64,000 nt of DNA from Candidatus Falkowbacteria bacterium (GTDB lineage Bacteria; Patescibacteriota; Patescibacteriia; Patescibacteriales; UBA12075). The notes beneath the pieces were generated by a model, which was given only the letters and a program-made list of their open reading frames with translations, had not been told where the DNA came from and did not search any database. Made by a program: the position numbers and the translations under genes. Numbering within the stretch: the first letter of the stretch is position 1; each line of letters opens with the position of its first letter. Below, piece by piece: positions 1 to 8,416 of this stretch. The stretch is taken from assembly GCA_043801965.1 (NCBI GenBank), contig JAZDLN010000032.1, forward strand, positions 1,638 through 65,637. The letters run 5' to 3'.

Positions 1-283
1 CAGCCGGGAATAGAGAGTCTTGATCTGTTCCGCCATGAGCTTGCCGTGCTGATAGCCCATCTCGTATGGAGTACCGCGCAGGTTAAGGACATAGAGCTTC
101 TCGCCGTTTTGCTCGATGACTTCCAGGGAGGCTTTGGCCATTATGGCCGCTTCGTCCGCCTGGCTGTTTATTGCCACCGAGCGCTGGCACAAGGGGAGAC
201 TGCTTTTAAGCGACGGCGCGCATCCAAAAAGGGAAAAAAGCGCGAGTAGCGCCAAAGAAAGAACCAGAGCCCGTTTTTTCATA
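1..283 (-). CDS. Lipoprotein, N-terminal part only (gene runs off the window start); possibly C45-type acyltransferase/hydrolase family
   Basis: Manual minus-strand translation from ATG at 283: MKKRALVLSLALLALFSLFGCAPS... with lipobox LFGC. GGAGGA SD lies upstream. The RGTPYEMGYQHGK motif recalls C45-family N-termini. Absent from the ORF track because it is truncated. Confidence 0.5.
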
Positions 284-299
284 AATCCTCCTGTTCGTT

Positions 300-1262
300 T
301 TAGAGATGCTTATCGAAAAAATCAAAAGCGCGGGAGCGGATATAAAAGATGAACACAAGCGACGTATAGTGGCTGGCCGGCAGTTTATATAATTCGGGAC
401 GTCCGATTTTCTCCCAAAGTTCTATGCCTTTTTCATACGGTACCGTCTTGTCGAAAAGGGCCAGGACCATCAGTACCCGTTTGGCATCAATGTATTCCGC
501 GTAGTTTATCGGATCGCATTGGATCTTTTTTTGGAGGGTATCGTAGAATTCCGTTTCGCTAAGGCCCTTGTCGGCCATGATTTGCTTGCGCCTTTTAATT
601 ATCCCCGGCTCGTTGGAATGCGCAAGGATATAAGGCAGATCGCCGCCGACCAGGCAATATACGCCGGCGCTTACCCGAGGATCAAGCGCCTGGAGCAAAG
701 AGGCCTTGATACTGCCCATGCTGATGCCGAATACGCCGATCCGGCGGCCATCAAGCTCCGGCCGCATTTCTACCCAGTCAATGGCCTGCTTATGGTCAAA
801 GACCATCTGGCGCAGGATACCGTCAAGTTTATCAAGGTTTTTTTCGTTCTTATAGCCCTTTTGCCGGTGTACGACGATCGCGGCCAGACCCCGGCTGGCG
901 TAATAGCGGGCGAAAAATTCCGTTTCCAGGTTGCTGCCGCCCAAAATAGGCAGGCACAAAACCACCGGTCCCGGCTTATTATAGCCGACGTCATAATAGT
1001 CAAGCACCAGATTGTGACTGATACCCGAAACGTCCTGCGCCGGAGAGAATTCAATGCGCCTGATCGTATAAGCTTCTTTTTTTTCAAGGACGCTTTCAAG
1101 ATAATCGCCACGGAATTTTTCACTGGCGAATTCTTTTTTGATCTTGTCGGGTAATATTTTCGGCCCGGCGTAATCCGGGTTTGGCGGAATATGGCTGCAC
1201 CCTGATAATACACAGGCAATTAAGATAATCGCGCCAGAAAAAACCCTAAACTTAGTGAGCAT
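300..1262 (-). CDS. Alpha/beta-hydrolase fold lipoprotein (esterase/dienelactone-hydrolase-like)
   Basis: 320-aa ORF with signal peptide and lipobox LSGC and a nucleophile elbow GISMGS. Same strand as the next gene, 16 nt upstream of it. Confidence 0.7.
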   Translation of the reverse strand: MLTKFRVFSGAIILIACVLSGCSHIPPNPDYAGPKILPDKIKKEFASEKFRGDYLESVLEKKEAYTIRRIEFSPAQDVSGISHNLVLDYYDVGYNKPGPVVLCLPILGGSNLETEFFARYYASRGLAAIVVHRQKGYKNEKNLDKLDGILRQMVFDHKQAIDWVEMRPELDGRRIGVFGISMGSIKASLLQALDPRVSAGVYCLVGGDLPYILAHSNEPGIIKRRKQIMADKGLSETEFYDTLQKKIQCDPINYAEYIDAKRVLMVLALFDKTVPYEKGIELWEKIGRPELYKLPASHYTSLVFIFYIRSRAFDFFDKHL

Positions 1263-1406
1263 AGCGCCTTTTCCTCCCTAAAGATACGGATAATTTTTCA
1301 AAGTGCTTTGTATAGAAAATAACAAAATTACCATGTTCAGTCAAGCCAGGATAGCAATCCGATCATGCTCCGAGCCGCGAAAAAAACCAGCACAAAACGA
1401 CGCGGA

Positions 1407-1435
1407 TTGACGCCGTTTTTTATTTGCCTTATAAT
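1407..1435 (+). promoter_or_regulatory. Sigma70-type promoter TTGACG-17-TATAAT for the arsR-family operon
   Basis: TTGACG at 1407-1412 and TATAAT at 1430-1435 with a 17-nt spacer, 31 nt before the ATG at 1466. Confidence 0.55.
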
Positions 1436-1453
1436 ATCAATATAGATTGATAT
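1434..1453. promoter_or_regulatory. Perfect 8-4-8 palindrome ATATCAAT-atag-ATTGATAT, candidate ArsR/SmtB operator
   Basis: The inverted repeat overlaps the -10 and the predicted TSS directly upstream of the ArsR-family gene. Confidence 0.5.
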
Positions 1454-1465
1454 TTATCCACGCGC

Positions 1466-1771
1466 ATGAAATTAAATTGTTGCAATAACAAGCAGAACGA
1501 AAAAGAGCTCAAAGAAACAGTGGCTTTTCTTCGGGCCATATCCGAGGAAAACCGCTTAAAGATTCTTTGCGTCCTTAAAAAACAGGAGCTTTGTGTTTGC
1601 GATATCTGGAAATTCCTTGATCTGCCGCAGAATCTCGTGTCGCACCACCTGAAGGTTTTAAAGGACTTCAGACTGCTCGGTTCGAGAAAAGAGGGGACTA
1701 AGGTCGTTTATTTTCTAAATCCCGGCAACACCGCCAAGCATATCGCCCGACTGTCGCGTTTTATCTTATAA
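1466..1771 (+). CDS. ArsR/SmtB family metalloregulatory transcription repressor
   Basis: 101 aa. ELCVCDI metal-site motif and a wHTH segment LPQNLVSHHLKVLKD. Confidence 0.85.
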   Translation: MKLNCCNNKQNEKELKETVAFLRAISEENRLKILCVLKKQELCVCDIWKFLDLPQNLVSHHLKVLKDFRLLGSRKEGTKVVYFLNPGNTAKHIARLSRFIL

Positions 1772-1789
1772 TTAATTTCAATCAAATTT

Positions 1790-2089
1790 ATGAGCATCCA
1801 ATCTATCCAGGTTTTGGGTTCGGGTTGCCCGACCTGCAAACAATTATATGAAGCAACTAAAAAAGTTGCCGAAGAATTAAAAATCGATGTAATAGTCGAA
1901 TACATCACCGATGTCACGAAAATGATTGAAATGGGAGTTATGCAGAGTCCGGTCTTGGCCGTTAACGGCAAGCCGGTCCTGACTGGTGGCGGACACGGCG
2001 AAGAGGAAATAAAAAATGCTATAGGGAAAAATTTGTCGAGCAATAATCAGCCGAGCGGCGGCTGTTGCTCTTGTGGGGGTAATTGTTAA
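1790..2089 (+). CDS. Small thioredoxin-fold redox-active protein (TM0996/MTH895-like) with Cys-rich tail
   Basis: 99 aa. CPTC active-site motif near the N-terminus and C-terminal GGCCSCGGNC. Sits in the conserved position between ArsR and the CSCSS permease. Confidence 0.8.
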   Translation: MSIQSIQVLGSGCPTCKQLYEATKKVAEELKIDVIVEYITDVTKMIEMGVMQSPVLAVNGKPVLTGGGHGEEEIKNAIGKNLSSNNQPSGGCCSCGGNC

Positions 2090-2092
2090 TAT

Positions 2093-3073
2093 ATGGATGT
2101 TTTTAAGCCAATCGAAATATTTGCAAACGCCGCCACGTATAAATGGTTAGGTATAACCGATAAGTATTGGGGTGACGCGGTTAATTTTTTTATCTATGAC
2201 GCGATCAAGATCGGCCTGCTATTGATATTGATCAACTATATCATGGCCATTGCCCGCTACTATTTACCGGTTGAGAAAGTTCGGAATGTTTTAAGCGGCC
2301 GCAAATGGTACGGCTTTGATTATGTACTGGCCGCCGCGCTCGGGGTAATTACGCCGTTTTGCTCCTGCTCGTCCATACCGCTCTTTATCGGTTTTGTGGG
2401 CGCCGGTATTCCTTTGGGCGTGACCTTTGCTTTTTTGATAGCCTCGCCCCTGGTCAACGAAGCCTCTCTTTTTATTTTTCCGTCAATTTTCGGATTAAAG
2501 ATGACTTTGGTCTACAATGCTTTAGGAATAACGATCAGCGTGCTGGCCGGCATGATCATCCAAAGGCTTAATATGGACAGGCATGTCAATCCGGCCTTTT
2601 TAAAATTTAAAACCCAAAAAGAAGCGATTTCTGAAAACGGCGGAATTTCTGTGCCGTTAAAAAAACGTTTGCTTATCTGGTGGCAGGACGGACTCAACAT
2701 CTCTAAAAGCATTTTTCCTTATGTTTTGATCGGCGTTGGTTTGGGCGCCTTGATCCATGGCTTCGTGCCCGAAAGCTTCGTTGAAACCTATTTAGCCCGC
2801 GGAACCTGGTGGACCGTGCCCTTGGCAGTTATCATGGGCGCGCCTCTTTACGCTAATTCCGTGAGCGTGATCCCGGTGGTGGAGGCGATGACCGGCAAAG
2901 GCGTGGCGCTGGGGACGGCCCTGGCCTTCATGACCGCCACCGTTACCCTGTCCATCCCGGGACTTCTTATCCTAAAAAAAGCCATGAACTGGAAGTTGTT
3001 GTCGGCCTTTATAGTGGTCACGGCGGTCGGCATTATGATCATCGGTTATTTTTTCAATATTTTTATATTTTAA
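2093..3073 (+). CDS. Permease of the COG0701/ArsP-like family (two-Cys CSCSS motif)
   Basis: 326 aa, polytopic, with PFCSCSSIP motif. Starts 3 nt after the preceding gene. Confidence 0.8.
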   Translation: MDVFKPIEIFANAATYKWLGITDKYWGDAVNFFIYDAIKIGLLLILINYIMAIARYYLPVEKVRNVLSGRKWYGFDYVLAAALGVITPFCSCSSIPLFIGFVGAGIPLGVTFAFLIASPLVNEASLFIFPSIFGLKMTLVYNALGITISVLAGMIIQRLNMDRHVNPAFLKFKTQKEAISENGGISVPLKKRLLIWWQDGLNISKSIFPYVLIGVGLGALIHGFVPESFVETYLARGTWWTVPLAVIMGAPLYANSVSVIPVVEAMTGKGVALGTALAFMTATVTLSIPGLLILKKAMNWKLLSAFIVVTAVGIMIIGYFFNIFIF

Positions 3074-3159
3074 CGTTATCGCCTTCGGCGAGCCGTACTA
3101 CGACGTAAAGTCGCGTGGCGACCACGTCGCTTTACGCGAATGCGGCACATGCGAATTTT

Positions 3160-3657
3160 ATGCGTATAAGAAAACTATTTATCCTGGTACTCTTCGGTTT
3201 AGCGGCGTCTTTAACCGGATGCGTTGAGACCGGGGCGAATGTCGATTCAACGAACGATAAAACCGCAAAAATCGTCAAGACCGCGGACGTAGAAACACCG
3301 CCCATATCCAGGGCCGACGCTCCGGCGGACAGGCTCGAAGTTTTTTATTTTCATAAAACCGCGCGCTGCCATTCCTGCACGACCGTCGAAAATTACGTAA
3401 GCGATGTCGTTAAAGAAAGATTCGCCGAAGAGGTCAAGAGCGGCCTGATCGATTTCCGGACGATCAATGTCGATCTGCCGGAAAACGAAGCGCTCGCGCG
3501 CAAATTCAAGGCCACCGGTTCTTCCTTGTACTTAAACAGAATAACCGGCGGACAGGATAATATCGAATTTTACTCCGATGTCTGGCGGCTTTTCGGCAAT
3601 GAAGAGTCCCTCAAGAACCAGCTCGAGATTAAGATAAAAAGTCTTTTGGTGTTTTAA
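3160..3657 (+). CDS. Thioredoxin-like lipoprotein with CxxC motif (possibly ArsF-like family)
   Basis: The ORF track starts at GTG 3115, but a hairpin at 3104-3136 occupies that region. The ATG at 3160 gives MRIRKLFILVLFGLAASLTGC (lipobox). CHSC motif occurs in FHKTARCHSCTTVE. Confidence 0.6.
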   Translation: MRIRKLFILVLFGLAASLTGCVETGANVDSTNDKTAKIVKTADVETPPISRADAPADRLEVFYFHKTARCHSCTTVENYVSDVVKERFAEEVKSGLIDFRTINVDLPENEALARKFKATGSSLYLNRITGGQDNIEFYSDVWRLFGNEESLKNQLEIKIKSLLVF

Positions 3658-3692
3658 TATCTATATTTTGATAAAGGGTAATAGCTTGATTT

Positions 3693-4409
3693 ATGGATTT
3701 AATAAACGCGCTGATCGACAACTATAATATTCCGATGCTGACCGCCTTTTTGCTTGGCATCCTGACCTCGATAAGTCCCTGTCCCTTGGCGACCAATATC
3801 ACGGCTATTGCTTATATTTCCAGAGAAATAAAAACAGTAAAAAACACCTTGTTAAATGGCCTGTTTTATACTTTGGGCCGGGGACTAAGCTATACGCTTT
3901 TGGCCGCGCTGATCTTTTTCGGTATATCGTCTTTTTCCGTAGCGAGTATTTTTGAGGGCTGGGGCGATAAGGTTCTGGGTCCAGTTATGATCATCATCGG
4001 CTTGGTCATGTTCGATGTCATAAAAATAAACGTTAAGACCAGAAGCGAAAGAATGGAAATATTTAAAGAATGGCTGGCGCGGAAAGGGTATATCGGCTCG
4101 GTCCTGCTCGGCATGGTCTTCGCGCTGGCCTTCTGCCCCTATAGCGGAGTATTATTCTTCGGCCTGCTTGTCCCCCTGGTTTTAAGTTCTTCCGAAGGCC
4201 TTCTCTTGCCCCCGGTATTCGCTCTGGGTACGGGTTTACCGGTCATTATCTTTTCTTTCCTGCTAGCTTTCAGCCTGAGCAAAGTCGGCAAGATTTTCAA
4301 TATCATGCAAAAAATAGAAAAAATAATGAGATACGGGATAGCTTCGCTATTTATCGCCACTGGGGTTTATTACCTGCGGTATTTGGCGGAATATATTGTT
4401 AATCTTTAA
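3693..4409 (+). CDS. CcdA/DsbD-family transmembrane thiol-disulfide electron transporter (possibly ArsG-like annotation)
   Basis: 238 aa, about 6 TM helices, with conserved membrane-embedded Cys in SISPCPLATN and AFCPYSG. Confidence 0.75.
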   Translation: MDLINALIDNYNIPMLTAFLLGILTSISPCPLATNITAIAYISREIKTVKNTLLNGLFYTLGRGLSYTLLAALIFFGISSFSVASIFEGWGDKVLGPVMIIIGLVMFDVIKINVKTRSERMEIFKEWLARKGYIGSVLLGMVFALAFCPYSGVLFFGLLVPLVLSSSEGLLLPPVFALGTGLPVIIFSFLLAFSLSKVGKIFNIMQKIEKIMRYGIASLFIATGVYYLRYLAEYIVNL

Positions 4410-4425
4410 GTAATGCCCAATAAAT

Positions 4426-4456
4426 AAAAACATCCCGAAATTTCGGGATGTTTTTA
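4426..4456. terminator. Bidirectional intrinsic terminator
   Basis: catcccgaaatttcgggatg is a perfect hairpin (4431-4450) flanked by an A-run and a T-run, between convergent genes. Confidence 0.8.
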
Positions 4457-4474
4457 TTTATCGTGAAAAAAGTC

Positions 4475-4669
4475 TTAAGCCTTTTTGACGTGGACCGCGG
4501 CGCTGCCTTTAGGGGTCTGTTCGACCTCGAAAGTAACCGCATCGCCTTCCCGAAGCTCGCTGAACTCAACGCCTTCCAGGCCATTGGCGTGGAAAAACAG
4601 ATCGTCGGCGCCGTCGCGGGAGATAAAACCGAAGTTTTTGTCGGTCAATTTTTTGATGGTTCCTTGCAT
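4475..4669 (-). CDS. Cold-shock domain protein (CspA family)
   Basis: 64 aa. GTIKKLTDKNFGFISRDG (RNP1-like) and DLFFHAN (RNP2-like). An untranslated region of about 180 nt lies upstream. Confidence 0.9.
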   Translation of the reverse strand: MQGTIKKLTDKNFGFISRDGADDLFFHANGLEGVEFSELREGDAVTFEVEQTPKGSAAVHVKKA

Positions 4670-4854
4670 ACGAATGTAATGTAAAGATAAAGTTAATTAA
4701 TCAAATACTAAGAAGTAGAAATTCGACTTTATCTCTACGCTCTCATATTCGTCACCCTTATGTTAAGGGCGGCTAGTAATTAAACTAACTATTTAATGTT
4801 ACCATAAATAAATTTTTTTGTCCAGTGTTGTGGCAAAGAGTGTTAGATTTACCC

Positions 4855-4886
4855 TTGACATTTACTTAAAAACGGTTTATTATAAT
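4855..4886 (+). promoter_or_regulatory. Promoter for the three small-gene operon
   Basis: TTGACA at 4855-4860. TATTAT at 4878-4883 gives a 17-nt spacer; it overlaps TATAAT at 4881-4886. Confidence 0.5.
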
Positions 4887-4959
4887 ATTTCAAAGTATTT
4901 ATGCATATCGATCTTTTACAATCAATATATATTCGCTGACCGGAGAAAAAGGAGAGAAA

Positions 4960-5481
4960 ATGAAAGAATTTTTTGAAAAGATTAAAAAAGCGATCGAAGA
5001 AAAAAACGCGTCTGATTTCAAAAAGGCGCATTATCATCTCAGGACCGGGTTAACGAATCTGATCGTCAATTTTTCCATCACCTTTTCTATGTCCCAAGAG
5101 ATTCGCGATGAATTAGGCCAAATCATAGCATATTTTTTCCGGGGAAACGGCCCGATATGGCCGGAAGCCGTGAGAGAAATGGCTCAGTTGGAAGGTCTTT
5201 TGGGTGTGATCGAACCGTTGGTCGATTTCAGGACGCCAGCGCAACTGAAGGCGGTTATTCGCGATAATGAAATTATGTGGTTGATCATTACTTTGATAAA
5301 TAATAATCAAGCGGATAACAAATACCTTAAATACGTAGACATAGCGATAAAAAACGGAATAAATTCGCTCGAAACCGGCCAATGCCTGCGTTATCTTGAG
5401 AAATACGGAATAATCAGGCTTTTACCGCCGTTTTATGAGCCTTATGTTGAACTGACGGGCTTCGGCCAAAGCCTTCTTTAA
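4960..5481 (+). CDS. Hypothetical protein, possible C-terminal winged-helix
   Basis: 173 aa with AAGGAGAG SD. The C-terminal segment GINSLETGQCLRYLEKYGIIRL looks wHTH-like. No family recognised. Confidence 0.5.
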   Translation: MKEFFEKIKKAIEEKNASDFKKAHYHLRTGLTNLIVNFSITFSMSQEIRDELGQIIAYFFRGNGPIWPEAVREMAQLEGLLGVIEPLVDFRTPAQLKAVIRDNEIMWLIITLINNNQADNKYLKYVDIAIKNGINSLETGQCLRYLEKYGIIRLLPPFYEPYVELTGFGQSLL

Positions 5482-5538
5482 CAAGGAGGCAGAATTAATA
5501 CTTCGTCCTTAAAAGCCCAGCCAAACCGAGGAGAATTT

Positions 5539-5766
5539 ATGCCGCAGGAAATCGAAAGAAAATTTTTGGTAGAGACATTGCCGGATGGTTTTGATCAGCG
5601 CGGTCACGAGTGTATTCCCGATACGAGCCAGAGAAAAACCGTTTGTCAGCTCTGCGGGTCCGATATGATAATGTGCCGGATGCTCATGAAAAGCGTTCCG
5701 GCCAAAACATCCGACGGAAGGGAATGGATGCGCTGTCCACGGTGTCAGGGCGAAAATAAGCGTTAA
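5539..5766 (+). CDS. Small zinc-ribbon protein with CYTH-like N-terminal signature
   Basis: 75 aa with GAGGAG SD. N-terminus EIERKFLVETLP, followed by CQLC...CPRC (two CxxC pairs). Confidence 0.5.
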   Translation: MPQEIERKFLVETLPDGFDQRGHECIPDTSQRKTVCQLCGSDMIMCRMLMKSVPAKTSDGREWMRCPRCQGENKR

Positions 5767-5792
5767 TAAGACGTAAAAAAGGAGAGAGACAA

Positions 5793-6011
5793 ATGGATAT
5801 TATGCTTGAGATAGAACTTCTTAAAAGCCCGGTTGAGCTGGGAGCGTTCCTTAAAAAAGCCATTCCCGACGTCGCGGCCTACAAAAAAATGACTGACGAA
5901 GAATATTTAGACGCGTTCATGGCCGTCTTCCGAAAATTCGGACAAGACGGCGGCGAAATATGGCAAGCTCATGTGCATAGCATACATCATGCCCCGGCCT
6001 GCAGAATTTAA
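5793..6011 (+). CDS. Hypothetical small protein
   Basis: 72 aa with AAGGAGAGAG SD. Last gene before the terminator hairpin. Confidence 0.45.
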   Translation: MDIMLEIELLKSPVELGAFLKKAIPDVAAYKKMTDEEYLDAFMAVFRKFGQDGGEIWQAHVHSIHHAPACRI

Positions 6012-6018
6012 ATTATCG

Positions 6019-6043
6019 ACCCGCTTTAAAACAGCGGGTTTTT
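6019..6043 (+). terminator. Intrinsic terminator, hairpin shared with convergent copA
   Basis: acccgct-ttaaaac-agcgggt followed by TTTTT. Confidence 0.7.
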
Positions 6044-8234
6044 ATTTATTTCGGTAGATCCGGAGACTGTTGCCTATGACGGTAACGTCGGATAACCCCA
6101 TGGCCAGGGCGGCGATCATTGGGGAAATAAAGCCGGCCATAGCCAGGGGAATGGCCAAAATGTTATAGAAAAATGCCCAAAAAAGATTCCCCCGGATGGT
6201 TTTGAAGGTTTTTTGCGACAGGCGGATCGCCTCCATTATTTTGCGCGGATCATTCTGCATTATTATGATGTCGCCGGATTCTTTCGCGATATCCGTGCCG
6301 GAAGCCATGGCGATGCCGAGATCCGCTTCGATCATGGCGGGGGCGTCGTTTATGCCGTCACCCGCGAAAATGACTTTTTTGCCGTTTTTCCTAAACTCTC
6401 TTACTTTCGCCATCTTGTCCCCGGGCAGAACTTCCGCGAAATATCTTTCGACCCCCAAAGTTTCGGCTACGGCCCCCACGCTCGCCCGGCTATCGCCGGA
6501 AATTATGACCGGTTCGATCCCGGCCGCCTTAGTCTCTTTTATGGCTTCCGCGGAACCGGGTTTAAGCTTGTCCGCCAAAAGGATCGCGCCTATAACCTGC
6601 GGCCCCCGGGCGACAAAAAGCATAGTGCCGCCCTGATCTTTGTTGTGCTCCGCCATGTCGTCGGCCCAGGCGGTGTCCAACTTGAATTCAGAAAGCAGGC
6701 GGCGGTTCCCCAAAAGAATGACATGGGAAAGTTTTTCCGCCGTCGTTTCGCAGTGGGCGTATATCCCGCGGCCGGGCACTTCTTTCGAATCGGCTACCCG
6801 GTCCGGTTTTATCCTGAGTGTTTTAGCGTGAGCATGTACGGCGCGGGACAGGGGATGGTTCGAATTTTCCGCCAATCCGCCCGCGACCTTAAGGATTATT
6901 TCTTCCGTAAAATAATATTTTTTGTTTTTGAGTATTTTTTCCACGGTCGGTTTTCCTTCGGTTAAAGTGCCGGTTTTATCGAACACGACGATATCCGCGT
7001 TTTTAGCTTTTTCGAAACTCTCCCCGTTCTTTATGAGGATCCCGTTTTTCGCGCCGACGCTCGAACCGACCATGATCGCGATCGGCGTGGCAACGCCTAA
7101 GGCGCAAGGGCAGGAAATGACCAATACCGCGACGGCGTTAATAATGGCTTGGCCGATATCTCCGGTAGCCAGAAACCAGCCGATAAAGGTCAGAAAGGCG
7201 ATCCCGACCACAACCGGCACGAAAACAGCCGATATCTTATCCGCTAAACGCTGGGCCGGAGCCTTGAATCTTTGCGCTTCTTCGACTGTCCGGACTATTT
7301 GCGCCAATACGGTATTCTCTCCGTTTTTAGTAACTTTTATTTTTATGGCTCCGTCAAGATTCATGGTGGCGCCGAAAACGTCAGCGCCTTTTTCCTTATA
7401 GACCGGCAAGCTTTCGCCCGTCAGCATCGATTCATCTGCGCTTGATCGGCCGTCTATGATCTTTCCGTCCAAAGGGATTTTTTCTCCCGCCTTAACAAAA
7501 AGAATATCGCCGATCTTTATTTCGTTTATGTCCTTAAGGACGAATCCGCCGCGCGCCAGGACCCGCGCTCTTTTAACGCCCAGTTCCAGGAGTTTTTTCA
7601 TGGCCAGGGAGGCCCGATCCCTGGTTTTAAATTCGAGCCATCGTCCCAGGAGGATCAAGGCCGTGATCGTGGCTGCCCCCTCAAAATAAAGATCGCCGCC
7701 GGAGAACATGGCGTAAACGCTGTAACCATAAGAAGCTAGGGTGCCGAGCGATATAAGAGTGTCCATATCCGCCTGACGGCGGAAGAGCGCTTTAACCGCG
7801 TTTCGATGGAATTGCCAACCCAGAAAAAAAACGACTGAAAACGCGAGACCGGCCTGCACCCAGTTAGTCGCGCTTACCCCCAGATAGGCGCCTGGTATTT
7901 CCCACATCCAGATCATGCGCAGTAAAAGGGGAGCGGATAGCAGGATACTGATCGCAGTTTTTATCTTGAGCGATTTTTCCTCCCTTGTGCCATGGCTATG
8001 CTCATGCTCATGGCCCGCGCCGGAACCGTCCGCTACCTCGTAGCCCGTATCTTTAATGACTTTTTTTATATTATTCTCGTCGGTTTTGCTTTCATCGAAT
8101 TCAATCAGAGCTTTGCTTGCGGCGAAATTAACATCCGCGGCTTTGACGCCCGCGGCCTTTTTAAGGTTAATGGCGATATTGGCGGCACACGAAGCGCAGT
8201 GCATGCCGTTTATGTTTAAAGAGATTTTAGACAT
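6042..8234 (-). CDS. copA: Copper-translocating P1B-type ATPase
   Basis: 730 aa. N-terminal [11 protein letters not shown], a His-rich linker, CPC in SCPCALG, DKTGTLT phosphorylation site and GDGINDAP hinge. Confidence 0.95.
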   Translation of the reverse strand: MSKISLNINGMHCASCAANIAINLKKAAGVKAADVNFAASKALIEFDESKTDENNIKKVIKDTGYEVADGSGAGHEHEHSHGTREEKSLKIKTAISILLSAPLLLRMIWMWEIPGAYLGVSATNWVQAGLAFSVVFFLGWQFHRNAVKALFRRQADMDTLISLGTLASYGYSVYAMFSGGDLYFEGAATITALILLGRWLEFKTRDRASLAMKKLLELGVKRARVLARGGFVLKDINEIKIGDILFVKAGEKIPLDGKIIDGRSSADESMLTGESLPVYKEKGADVFGATMNLDGAIKIKVTKNGENTVLAQIVRTVEEAQRFKAPAQRLADKISAVFVPVVVGIAFLTFIGWFLATGDIGQAIINAVAVLVISCPCALGVATPIAIMVGSSVGAKNGILIKNGESFEKAKNADIVVFDKTGTLTEGKPTVEKILKNKKYYFTEEIILKVAGGLAENSNHPLSRAVHAHAKTLRIKPDRVADSKEVPGRGIYAHCETTAEKLSHVILLGNRRLLSEFKLDTAWADDMAEHNKDQGGTMLFVARGPQVIGAILLADKLKPGSAEAIKETKAAGIEPVIISGDSRASVGAVAETLGVERYFAEVLPGDKMAKVREFRKNGKKVIFAGDGINDAPAMIEADLGIAMASGTDIAKESGDIIIMQNDPRKIMEAIRLSQKTFKTIRGNLFWAFFYNILAIPLAMAGFISPMIAALAMGLSDVTVIGNSLRIYRNK

Positions 8235-8243
8235 AAGCTTAAA

Positions 8244-8382
8244 TTATCAATTATCAATTTACAATTTTCAATCAATGATTTAATTTTCAATTTCCATTTT
8301 TTGTTTCCGTAAGCAGTAACCGGCAATGAAAATTAAAAAATTGAAAATTCATTGAAAATTGATTATTGAGAATTGAAAATTA
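8244..8382. repeat. Imperfect AT-rich palindrome of about 140 bp built from TTGAAAATT/CAATT words
   Basis: Left arm 8244-8300 pairs with right arm 8325-8382. It fills the gap between the HMA-fusion gene stop and the copA start. Confidence 0.7.
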
Positions 8383-8416
8383 AACGTTAGAGTATTTTAT
8401 TTATTTGTTTTGAAAA

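Noticed and set aside
519-1154. 211-aa plus-strand ORF, and a 149-aa minus-strand alternative frame, inside the alpha/beta hydrolase gene
   Set aside because: They lie antisense to or out of frame with a well-supported 320-aa gene that has a lipobox and GxSxG motif. They have no start signals, so they are shadow ORFs.
6196-8283. Series of plus-strand ORFs of 60-250 aa across copA
   Set aside because: All lie antisense to an unambiguous P-type ATPase gene. Their low-complexity translations are typical of shadow frames.
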